Shown piece after piece: positions 40,067 through 48,325 of a DNA stretch of 64,000 nt (position 1 is the first letter of the stretch; the number at the start of each line of letters is the position of its first letter). The notes below the pieces were generated by a model. That model had not been told where the DNA came from and ran no database searches. It saw only the letters and a list, made by a program, of their open reading frames with translations. This DNA comes from Nitrospirota bacterium (lineage in GTDB: Bacteria; Nitrospirota; Thermodesulfovibrionia; Thermodesulfovibrionales; Dissulfurispiraceae). Where the stretch lies: NCBI GenBank assembly GCA_040754455.1, contig JBFMCP010000002.1, positions 1 through 64,000 on the forward strand, written 5' to 3'. Both the position numbers and the translations under genes were made by a program.

Positions 40067-42398
40067 ATTAAGAAATGTTGATGAATTGAGGCAGCTTAGG
40101 GAGAGGCTGAAAAACGAGACATTTCTGCCTGGCAAGGCGAGAGCACGGGTATGCTGTGGGACGGCCTGTTCTGCTACCGGCGCGCACAAGGTTATCGATG
40201 CGTTGAAAAAAGAGGCGACCACTAAAGGCATCGATATCGAAATCGTAAAGACCGGATGCCAGGGTATGTGTCAGAAGGGACCGAATATCAAGGTAGAGCC
40301 GTCCAATATTTATTATCAGAGGATCAAGCCGCACCAGGCATCATCCCTGATTACCTATACCTTCCAGCATGGATTCCCCTACCGGGAGGGACTTTATCGT
40401 CAGGATATCGCCAGTGAGCCTGCGTTGGAGATGACTGACCTGCCGTTCTATAAAAAACAGGTGCGTATCGCGCTCAGGAATAACGACAAAATCGATCCGA
40501 CGAACATTAACCATTACATCGCCGTCGGCGGCTATGCTGCATTGGAAAAGGCACTCTCGACAATGACCCCTGACGATGTGCTCAACGAGATCGACCGTGC
40601 GAACCTGAGAGGAAGAGGCGGCGCTGGTTTTCCTGCGGGCAAGAAATGGAAACACACAAAAAGCGCACCAGGAAATGTGAAGTTCGTCATTGCCAACGGT
40701 GATGAGGGCGACCCTGGCGCTTTTATGGACAGGGCCATTATGGAGGGCGATCCTCACAGCCTCTTCGAAGGGATGCTCCTCTGCGCCTATGCCATCGGCG
40801 CGCAGTACGGCTATGTCTACGTGAGGCATGAATACCCCCTGGCAGTGAAGAACCTCAAACATGCCATCAAGCAGGCCGAGGAACTCGGGTTGTTGGGCAG
40901 AAATATACTCGGTACGGATTTCAGTTTTCACCTTGATGTGCGGGAAGGGGCTGGGGCATTCGTCTGCGGTGAATCGACAGCGCTCGTTGCCTCGATCGAA
41001 GGTGAGCGTGGATTCCCGAGACCGCGTCCTCCGAGGCTTTCGGAGCAGGGTGGAGGTCTCTGGGGGCATCCGAGCAATCTGAACAACATCGAAACTTACG
41101 CCTGTGTTGCGCCCATTATCGAGAAGGGTGCCGACTGGTTCAGGAGCATCGGCACCGAGACCTCGCCGGGTACCAAGGTTTTTGCCTTAACCGGCAAAGT
41201 GAAGAATACCGGTCTCGTTGAAGTCCCCATGGGCATTACGTTGCGTGAGATCGTCTACGACCTGGGCGGCGGCATTATCGGCGATAAGGAGTTAAAAGCA
41301 GTACAGACCGGTGGCCCCTCAGGCGGCTGTATTCCGGCAAGCGATCTGGACCTGCCCGTTGATTTCGACTCGCTCTGGAAGGTCGGTTCCATGATGGGAT
41401 CGGGCGGCATGGTCGTTATGGACGAGGATACCTGCATGGTCGATGTGGCAAAGTACTTCCTTTCCTTCACCCAGTCCGAGTCGTGCGGCAAGTGCCCTCC
41501 CTGCAGGATCGGCACCTCACAGATGCTCCAGATCCTCGAGAATATCACCAGCGGGAAAGGAAAGCCCGGCGATATCGAGAAGCTTATTACACTGGGCAAA
41601 TACATCCAGAAGGCCTCGCTCTGCGGACTGGGACAGAGCGCTCCCAACCCGGTGCTGAGCACCATCAAGTATTTCCGCGAAGAATACGAGGAGCATATCT
41701 ACGATAACTACTGTCGGGCCAATGTCTGTAAAGGCACCGGCGTCTTCACCATAAACCAGACCGAGTGTATCCGCTGCGGGCTCTGCAAGGAGGCCTGCGC
41801 CTACGGTGCGGTGAGGGAAACCAGGGAGCGGTACTTCATTGACCGCGAGGAGTGCCGGCAGTGCAAGGCCTGTGCGACTGCCTGCCCTGTGGAGGCAGTG
41901 AAAATACGTAGGTGGAGTGTGGTGAAACTCGAAGAGCAGTTCAAAATTCCTTCAGATAAAATCGAGGTCCTTGAGAGGAGGGCAAGAATGACATTAAAAG
42001 ACCTGTTACAGAAAAAACCTTTGATCGTTGAGACCTGCAGCACGAACTGTATTGTCGCCGATGCGGTTACGATTATGGACGGCAAAAATATCGGCTCGCT
42101 GCTGGTTATGGACGACAATAAAGAGCTGGTCGGCATTTTTACCGAACGTGACATCATGCACTGCTTTGCGAAAGGCGTCAACTTCAAGACCGAGATCATG
42201 AAGAATGTTATGACCCCGAATCCGGTTATTCTTGACGCTTCGACCGACATCAGCGTCGCCATCGGCCTTATGTCGGATCGGAAGATCAGGCATCTGCCGG
42301 TAATGGAAAACGACAAGGTGATCGGCATGGTTTCCTATCGTGACCTCGTATCGTATCTGTTGCCCGAAGTCATCTACATGGCAGAGGAAATTTATTAG
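40059..42398 (+). CDS. NuoF/HydB-like FMN/NAD(H) flavoprotein with 2x[4Fe-4S] and a C-terminal CBS pair
   Basis: N-terminal thioredoxin-like 2Fe-2S, GRGGAGFP, DEGDPGAFMDR, GAFVCGE, GGPSGG, SCGKCPPC...C, two ferredoxin motifs, CBS (GIFTERD...IRHLPV...GMVSYRDL); ATG at 40059 with GGAG RBS. Confidence 0.92.
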   Translation: MGRLRNVDELRQLRERLKNETFLPGKARARVCCGTACSATGAHKVIDALKKEATTKGIDIEIVKTGCQGMCQKGPNIKVEPSNIYYQRIKPHQASSLITYTFQHGFPYREGLYRQDIASEPALEMTDLPFYKKQVRIALRNNDKIDPTNINHYIAVGGYAALEKALSTMTPDDVLNEIDRANLRGRGGAGFPAGKKWKHTKSAPGNVKFVIANGDEGDPGAFMDRAIMEGDPHSLFEGMLLCAYAIGAQYGYVYVRHEYPLAVKNLKHAIKQAEELGLLGRNILGTDFSFHLDVREGAGAFVCGESTALVASIEGERGFPRPRPPRLSEQGGGLWGHPSNLNNIETYACVAPIIEKGADWFRSIGTETSPGTKVFALTGKVKNTGLVEVPMGITLREIVYDLGGGIIGDKELKAVQTGGPSGGCIPASDLDLPVDFDSLWKVGSMMGSGGMVVMDEDTCMVDVAKYFLSFTQSESCGKCPPCRIGTSQMLQILENITSGKGKPGDIEKLITLGKYIQKASLCGLGQSAPNPVLSTIKYFREEYEEHIYDNYCRANVCKGTGVFTINQTECIRCGLCKEACAYGAVRETRERYFIDREECRQCKACATACPVEAVKIRRWSVVKLEEQFKIPSDKIEVLERRARMTLKDLLQKKPLIVETCSTNCIVADAVTIMDGKNIGSLLVMDDNKELVGIFTERDIMHCFAKGVNFKTEIMKNVMTPNPVILDASTDISVAIGLMSDRKIRHLPVMENDKVIGMVSYRDLVSYLLPEVIYMAEEIY

Positions 42399-42406
42399 AG
42401 GTAGCT

Positions 42407-42988
42407 ATGACCGAGATAAAAGAGCTGAAAGTAGAAGATATTAAAAAAGCAGCTGAAGAAAAGAAGTGCCGGGTACAGCAGGGATTGTACTACATCACCG
42501 AGTTCCTTGCCGGCCCCATGTGCGGAAGATGCTTTCCGTGCGCCTTTGGAAGTTATGAGGCAAAACTCAGGCTGCTCAGCATTGCGGACGGCAAAGGGAC
42601 GGAAAACGATATTGCGGCACTGAAGCTGATCGCTGAGGAAATGGCTGAGGCTTCCATGTGCAAGAAGGGCAAAGATACTGCGGCATTCATCGCAGCGCTG
42701 GTTACCGACGGTGCCTTTGCCGAGCATATAGCGGGAACCTGTGCTTCAGGGCAATGCAGCGCCTTCATGGAATACAGGATCGTAGCCGACAACTGCACCG
42801 CCTGTGGCAAATGCAAGGAGGTCTGCACTCATAATGCCGTCTTCGGCGAAAAGGGAAAGCCCTTTGTACAGGGATATCCTTTCGAGATACGGCGGAAAAA
42901 GTGCACCCAGTGCGGTGAGTGCATCGCGGTCTGTCCTGAAAAGGCGATTATCTTTATCGGCAAGACATCCGAACCGGTACACACATAA
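42407..42988 (+). CDS. stand-alone NuoF/HydB C-terminal-like Fe-S protein
   Basis: CGRCFPC...SMC (N3-type cluster), EHIAGTCASGQC, CTACGKCKEVC and CTQCGECIAVCP. Confidence 0.85.
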   Translation: MTEIKELKVEDIKKAAEEKKCRVQQGLYYITEFLAGPMCGRCFPCAFGSYEAKLRLLSIADGKGTENDIAALKLIAEEMAEASMCKKGKDTAAFIAALVTDGAFAEHIAGTCASGQCSAFMEYRIVADNCTACGKCKEVCTHNAVFGEKGKPFVQGYPFEIRRKKCTQCGECIAVCPEKAIIFIGKTSEPVHT

Positions 42989-42996
42989 TATAGAGC

Positions 42997-43031
42997 CCGT
43001 AACGCGTCATGCGTTATGCGTAACGAGCAAC
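42997..43031. repeat. heptamer-period array inside the NuoEFG-like operon
   Basis: CCGTAAC GCGTCAT GCGTTAT GCGTAAC GAGCAAC. Confidence 0.7.
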
Positions 43032-43053
43032 CCGAATAAGGAGGACGAATTAC

Positions 43054-45087
43054 ATGGCAGAGATGGTTAAATTCACAATAGATGGCAAAGAGGCGAAGGC
43101 GCCGGAGGGCGTAAATCTGATCGAGGCTGCTGCATTAAACGGCGTGCATATCCCGAACCTCTGTTTTCTAAAGGGGCAGAAGGGCATCGGAGCATGCAGG
43201 CTCTGCCTCGTTGAGGTCGAGGGCATGAAGGCCCCCATGATCGGCTGCACTTCGAAGATCAAAGACGGCATGTCGATCAAGACCAACACCGAGAAGGTAC
43301 AGGAGATCAGGAAGTTCGTTATCGACCTTATTCTCTCCATGCATCCCCTCGACTGCATGACCTGCACCAAGGCGGGCGTCTGCAACCTCCAGCAGTATGC
43401 CTATGACCTGGGCATCAAAGAGTCCTCTTTCACCCGGAAGAAGTTCGGCTTCTCCATCGATGAAGCCAATCCGTTCATCAAGCGCGACCCCGACTACTGC
43501 GTCCTCTGTGGAAGGTGCGTGCGTGCCTGTAAAAGCCAGGGGACCGGCGTGCTCGAATTTATGGGAAGGGGCGTCGGCTCAAAAGTCACCACTGCCAACG
43601 ACAAGCCGCTCCAGGATTCGGGCTGCACATTTTGCGGAAGCTGCGTCGATGTATGCCCGGTAAATGCCCTGCTCGAGGCCGACCGCTGGCGCAAGGGAAG
43701 AGAGTGGGAGTACAAGAAGACCGACTCTGTCTGTACCCTCTGCGGGAACGGCTGTGATATCACCGTGAGCACGAAAGACGGCCAAGTGATGAAAGTGAAT
43801 GCAGGCGCCTCAAACGGCTCCGAGAGATACATTTGTGCATATGGACGTTTTGGTTTTGATTGTATTGAGGCTGATACGAGAGTCACCAAACCGATGCGGC
43901 GCTTGAACGGCTCGCTGAAGGAGACCACCTGGGAAGATGCGCTCGAGACTGCGGCAAAGGCGTTGAAGAAGGCGGGGAAGAACGCAGGCATCATCGCCTC
44001 TGCAGGCATCCTGAATGAAGATGCGCTTACCCTGAAGGAGTTTGCCTCAGCAGTAGTGAAGACGAAGAATGTGGATACTACGGCAAGCCTCTATGGCAAT
44101 GCGGCGACACTGGCCGGCAGCGCAGATATCAAGAGCGCCGATCTCTTTGTGGTTGTGGATCTGAATACCGACCAGCACACGAGGGTATTGCCTGCCCTCG
44201 ACGCGACCATCAGAAGAAAGGTGAACGGCGGCGCAAAGCTGATCACCATCAACGCGAATGAGACGGGACTTGCCGCAGTTGCAACCGTGGCGCTCGGCGG
44301 CAATGAGGCAGATGCATTGAAGGCAATCGCTAAAGCGCTTGCCGACAAAGGTCTGGTAAAGGATAAGAAGATGGCGGACGCCGTCAAAGGAACAACTGTC
44401 TCAGAGGCTGCGGGGAAGGCAGCTGACCTCTTTGCAGAGGCAAAGAATCCGGTCATCATCTCCTCGCCTGCCCTTTATGCTGCTGCGGCGAATCTGAGCC
44501 TGGTCAACGGCGCTGCGATCTCCGTCGGCATCGAGAGCAATGCAAAAGGTGTGATGATGATGGGTCTTGTCTCCTCCGGTAAGTCATATAAAGAAATGGC
44601 TGACGGTGCTACCGAGGTGCTCTACGCCATCGGTGAAGTCCCGATGACCGAGCGGCCCAAGGTAGACTTCCTCATCGTGCAGACTTCCCATATGACCAAG
44701 CTGGCCCAGCAGGCTGATGTGGTATTCCCCTCGGCAGCGTTCCTCGAGGCAGAGGGGACCATAGTGGACTATACCGGAAATGTGAAATATGTGGCCGAGG
44801 CCATCGAGCCGGCCGGCGACGCAAAGACGCACCGCGATATCATCACCGCTCTCGCAAAGGCGATCATGGGGACAAGCATGAAAGCTGCGAAGGAGAGCGA
44901 CACCAAGAAACTGGCGAAGGTAAAGACGAAGGTGTCTTTCGGTCCTTTTACTCGAGTGGAAGGATTTGACGTAAAGGTGGGCGAGATGATCGAGTCCGTC
45001 AATGCATCGGTCATTAACGGCTCACGGCTCCTCTGGCTCAAGGAGTCCAGAGTCGTGGCCGATAACAAAGTTGCAAAAGTAGCGTAG
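43054..45087 (+). CDS. NuoG/FdhA-like Fe-S subunit with a degenerate molybdopterin-oxidoreductase domain
   Basis: 2Fe-2S, His-ligated 4Fe-4S (HPLDCMTC...C), 2x4Fe-4S, CTLCGNGC...C; no H-cluster motifs; NVDTTASLYG where FdhA has NxDxCARxC/UH. Confidence 0.85.
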   Translation: MAEMVKFTIDGKEAKAPEGVNLIEAAALNGVHIPNLCFLKGQKGIGACRLCLVEVEGMKAPMIGCTSKIKDGMSIKTNTEKVQEIRKFVIDLILSMHPLDCMTCTKAGVCNLQQYAYDLGIKESSFTRKKFGFSIDEANPFIKRDPDYCVLCGRCVRACKSQGTGVLEFMGRGVGSKVTTANDKPLQDSGCTFCGSCVDVCPVNALLEADRWRKGREWEYKKTDSVCTLCGNGCDITVSTKDGQVMKVNAGASNGSERYICAYGRFGFDCIEADTRVTKPMRRLNGSLKETTWEDALETAAKALKKAGKNAGIIASAGILNEDALTLKEFASAVVKTKNVDTTASLYGNAATLAGSADIKSADLFVVVDLNTDQHTRVLPALDATIRRKVNGGAKLITINANETGLAAVATVALGGNEADALKAIAKALADKGLVKDKKMADAVKGTTVSEAAGKAADLFAEAKNPVIISSPALYAAAANLSLVNGAAISVGIESNAKGVMMMGLVSSGKSYKEMADGATEVLYAIGEVPMTERPKVDFLIVQTSHMTKLAQQADVVFPSAAFLEAEGTIVDYTGNVKYVAEAIEPAGDAKTHRDIITALAKAIMGTSMKAAKESDTKKLAKVKTKVSFGPFTRVEGFDVKVGEMIESVNASVINGSRLLWLKESRVVADNKVAKVA

Positions 45088-45127
45088 CTCATTAACCAAG
45101 GGCATCCTGACCGTTGCCATAAATTCT

Positions 45128-45162
45128 GCCCCGTTCCTGCAAAGGGACGGGGCTCTTTTTTT
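45128..45162 (+). terminator. intrinsic terminator after the NuoG-like gene
   Basis: GCCCCGTTCCT-GCAA-AGGGACGGGGC followed by a T-tract. Confidence 0.85.
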
Positions 45163-45231
45163 ATCGGTTCCGAGAGAAGATATGGAATTTCGTCGCTAGT
45201 GTTCGGAATGAGGGGACGGGATAGTCTTCAT

Positions 45232-45264
45232 AAAAAAGCCGCCACAATACAGGGCGGCTTTTTT
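45232..45264. terminator. bidirectional terminator
   Basis: AAAAAAGCCGCC-N9-GGCGGCTTTTTT. Confidence 0.85.
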
Positions 45265-45289
45265 ATCATTAACGGTTGCGCGTTGATCG

Positions 45290-45607
45290 TTACTTCATCG
45301 CTCCGCCCGAGAAATAGATTTTCTCAAAGGTACGGTTGAGGGTCTTGCTCGTGAAGTTGGTCATTTCGAGTCCTGCCTGGAACGATATGTCCTGTCCTTT
45401 TTTTACCTTCATTTGGGGCACTGCAACCCAGGTCTTCTGGCCGCTTTTATCTTTGATGAGGCAATAGGTGTAGCCGCCGCTGTCCATGGTCTCGACCACC
45501 TTGCCGGATAAGGAAGGTGCACCTGCAGGGTTGGCATACGCGGTCTGTCCTAATGAGAGGATTGCAAGGACAAACATACTACTTACTGCTGCGAGAAGCT
45601 TCTTCAT
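45290..45607 (-). CDS. exported NrfJ-like small beta-barrel protein (105 aa)
   Basis: Signal peptide MKKLLAAV...AYA; GKVVETMDSGGYTY...WVAVP...MTNFTSKTLNRTFEKIYF. Confidence 0.7.
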   Translation of the reverse strand: MKKLLAAVSSMFVLAILSLGQTAYANPAGAPSLSGKVVETMDSGGYTYCLIKDKSGQKTWVAVPQMKVKKGQDISFQAGLEMTNFTSKTLNRTFEKIYFSGGAMK

Positions 45608-45702
45608 ACGACTCTCCTTTTGTGTTGACATATGCTGATTACCGGAAGCAATGAGCATAGATATCATACCATAGTGCAATAATTGTTATCTGCTCTTGAA
45701 AC

Positions 45703-45736
45703 AAAAAAGCCGCCAAGAATTTCAGGCGGCTTTTTT
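45703..45736. terminator. bidirectional terminator after nfnB
   Basis: AAAAAAGCCGCC-N10-GGCGGCTTTTTT. Confidence 0.85.
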
Positions 45737-45755
45737 GTTTGTTGATTGATGTTGC

Positions 45756-47204
45756 CTACCAGGTTGTTTCACCCTTCAGAAATTTGCAGATGTCCGCCGC
45801 TGCGCGCTTGCCGGCGCCCATGGCGCTGATGACGGTGGCCGCTCCGGTGACCACATCGCCGCCTGCCCAGACGCGCTGCTTCTTTGTCCTCCCGGTCGTC
45901 ATATCGGCAACAGCGGTGCCGTGCTTGGTCCGCTCCAGGCCTTCGGCATCGACGAAGACGATCGGGTTCGGGTTGGTGCCGAGCGCCATGATCACGGTGT
46001 CTACTTCCATCTCGAATTCGGAGCCGGCGATGGGAACAGGCTTCCTCCTGCCCGATGCATCGGGCTCACCCAGCTCCATCTTGATGCAGCGCATACCGAC
46101 GACTTTACCGGTGCTGTCACCGATAATCTCGGTAGGGTTGGTGAGGAGGTCGAAGATGATGCCCTCTTCCATAGCGTGATGCACCTCCTCTGCACGGGCA
46201 GGGATTTCATCCTTTGAGCGGCGATACACGATATGGACTTCGCCGGGCTGTGTACCGTTCTGTTGTGCGTGCAGGTGCTGGATGCGGGCACTGCAGCGGG
46301 CCGCGTCCATGGCGACATTGCCGGCGCCGATGACGGCGACCTTCCTGCCGGCCTTGACCGGCGTATCATAGTCCGGGAAGAGATATCCCTTCATCAGGTT
46401 GACACGGGTGAGGAACTCGTTGGCGGACATGACGCCGTTTAAATTGATACCGGGGATCCTCATGAACGACGGCAGACCAGCACCGGTGCCGAGAAATACG
46501 GCATCATATTCAGCCAGCAATTCATCCAGAGTGATAGTCCGTCCGATGACATGGTCGCTACGGATCTCGATGCCCAGGCAGTTTGCCGCGTAATCGATCT
46601 CACCATGGACTACTTTTTTGGGGAGGCGGAATTCGGGGATACCGTAGATCAGCACGCCGCCCGGGCCATGGAGCGATTCGAACATGGTGACCTTATGCCC
46701 CTCTCTCGCCACATCGACGGCACAGGTCAGACCGGCGGGGCCGGTCCCGACGACCGCCACCTTTTTGCCGGTAGCAGGAGCGGCGTTCAACGGGCAGGTG
46801 CGATGAGCCAGCTCGTAATCGCCGACGAACCGCTCGAGGCGGCCGATAGCGACCGGCTCGCCTTTCTTGCCGAGGATGCACTTGCCTTCGCACTGGTTCT
46901 CCTGCGGACATACCCTGCCGCAGATGGCAGGGAGATTGTTCTTTACCTTCATGGCCTCCACAGCCTTCGGCATATCGCCTTCACGGAGGGCTTTTATGAA
47001 CTGGGGAATGAGGACGCCGACAGGGCACCCTTCGGAGCAGAGCGGTTTTTTGCACTGCAGACAGCGCTCCGCCTCTTTTTTTGCGGTCTCTTCCGAATAG
47101 CCCAGGGCGACTTCATCAAAGTTTGTCCTGCGTACGTGCTCATCCTGGTGCGGCATCGGCTGCCGTGGTATCTTCATTCTTTCTTTGGTATCGAGCTCAG
47201 CCAT
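45756..47204 (-). CDS. nfnB: electron-bifurcating transhydrogenase large subunit NfnB (GltD-like)
   Basis: RCLQCKKPLCSEGCP, CGRVCPQENQCE, GTGPAG, YGIPEFRLPK, GAGNVAMD; directly follows an NfnA-like gene. Confidence 0.88.
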   Translation of the reverse strand: MAELDTKERMKIPRQPMPHQDEHVRRTNFDEVALGYSEETAKKEAERCLQCKKPLCSEGCPVGVLIPQFIKALREGDMPKAVEAMKVKNNLPAICGRVCPQENQCEGKCILGKKGEPVAIGRLERFVGDYELAHRTCPLNAAPATGKKVAVVGTGPAGLTCAVDVAREGHKVTMFESLHGPGGVLIYGIPEFRLPKKVVHGEIDYAANCLGIEIRSDHVIGRTITLDELLAEYDAVFLGTGAGLPSFMRIPGINLNGVMSANEFLTRVNLMKGYLFPDYDTPVKAGRKVAVIGAGNVAMDAARCSARIQHLHAQQNGTQPGEVHIVYRRSKDEIPARAEEVHHAMEEGIIFDLLTNPTEIIGDSTGKVVGMRCIKMELGEPDASGRRKPVPIAGSEFEMEVDTVIMALGTNPNPIVFVDAEGLERTKHGTAVADMTTGRTKKQRVWAGGDVVTGAATVISAMGAGKRAAADICKFLKGETTW

Positions 47205-48070
47205 TATTTCCCTCCCTCAGCAACTGCTTTATCGAGATTGCAGATATGATTTTTGTAATGGTCGACAGAGATTTTTTCCTCTTCTTTATAGAAGGACAGC
47301 CGGGACAGAAGATTACCCCAGTCGACCTTGTGGCCGTCGAACTCAGGGCCGTCGACGCAGACGAACTGCGCGCCGTCTTCGAGGAGCACACGGCAACCGC
47401 CGCACATGCCCGTGCCGTCGATCATGATGGTGTTGAGGCTCACAATGGTCGGCACGCCGAACGGCTTGGTGGTCTGTGATACGAATTTCATCATGACGGC
47501 AGGACCGATAGCCCAGACCTTTACGACCTTGCGGTTTTTATCTTCCAGAATCTCCTTGAGCGGCTCGGTGACCAATGCCTTGCGGCCGTAGGAGCCGTCG
47601 TCGGTGCAGACATGGAGCTCATCGGAGACCGCCTTCATTTTATCTTCCCAGAACAACAGGCCTTTGGTACGGGCACCGATGATCGAGATGACCTCGTTGC
47701 CCGCCTCTTTGAGGGCACGTGCTATAGGGTAAATGGGGGCGATGCCGACGCCGCCGCCCATGCAGACGACAGTCCCGAAGTTTCCGACCTCGGTGGGATG
47801 GCCGAGGGGGCCGACAAAGGTAGAGACCGAGTCACCGACCTTCATGGTGCCGAGCTGCATGGTGGATTTGCCTACCTCCTGAAAGATGATGGTGATGGTG
47901 CCTGCCTTGCGGTCGAAATCCGCAATAGTCAGGGGAACCCGCTCACCGTGTTCATCAATGCGGATGATGATGAACTGCCCGGCCTTTGCCTTCTGAGCAA
48001 CATGGGGCGCCTGGATCACCATGAGCTTGGTGACATCACTGAGTACCTGTTTTTCCAGGATTTTATACAT
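47204..48070 (-). CDS. nfnA: electron-bifurcating transhydrogenase small subunit NfnA
   Basis: GQFIIIR...GERVPLTIAD, GPLG, GGGVG and DGTGMCGGCRV...CVDGPEFDGH motifs. Confidence 0.9.
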   Translation of the reverse strand: MYKILEKQVLSDVTKLMVIQAPHVAQKAKAGQFIIIRIDEHGERVPLTIADFDRKAGTITIIFQEVGKSTMQLGTMKVGDSVSTFVGPLGHPTEVGNFGTVVCMGGGVGIAPIYPIARALKEAGNEVISIIGARTKGLLFWEDKMKAVSDELHVCTDDGSYGRKALVTEPLKEILEDKNRKVVKVWAIGPAVMMKFVSQTTKPFGVPTIVSLNTIMIDGTGMCGGCRVLLEDGAQFVCVDGPEFDGHKVDWGNLLSRLSFYKEEEKISVDHYKNHICNLDKAVAEGGK

Positions 48071-48325
48071 TATAAGCCTCCTTGAAGTGAGTTGTCTTGA
48101 TCGTCTGCTGTCTGAAATGAGACAAAGAAGGGGGTGCCGTTGGGTGGATGCGGTATCCTGCCGGTAGGGACTCCCTGTATGTTAAGGCAATTGAACACAT
48201 GGTGGTACCTTCTATATTTACTAATCGCTTTATAAGAAAAATTAATGCCAATTACATCATAATAACATACGCTTCGCTTTATCGTCTATTATTTTTAAGT
48301 AGAAAAGCCCATCTCGATAAGTAAG

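Noticed and set aside
43054..45087. Calling this gene [FeFe]-hydrogenase HydA or formate dehydrogenase FdhA
   Set aside because: No H-cluster motifs, no Cys/Sec at the Mo-ligand position, and no in-frame TGA
39554..45087. Respiratory complex I nuoEFG
   Set aside because: No membrane or quinone-module nuo genes adjacent; the extra Fe-S and CBS domains match soluble HydABC-type complexes
45756..47204. Glutamate synthase small subunit gltD
   Set aside because: No gltB nearby; paired with an NfnA-type gene
48250..48268. Third copy of the TGTTAC-N5-GTAACA operator upstream of nfnA
   Set aside because: Minus-strand TGTTAT-N6-GTAATT has the wrong spacing and three mismatches in AT-rich DNA
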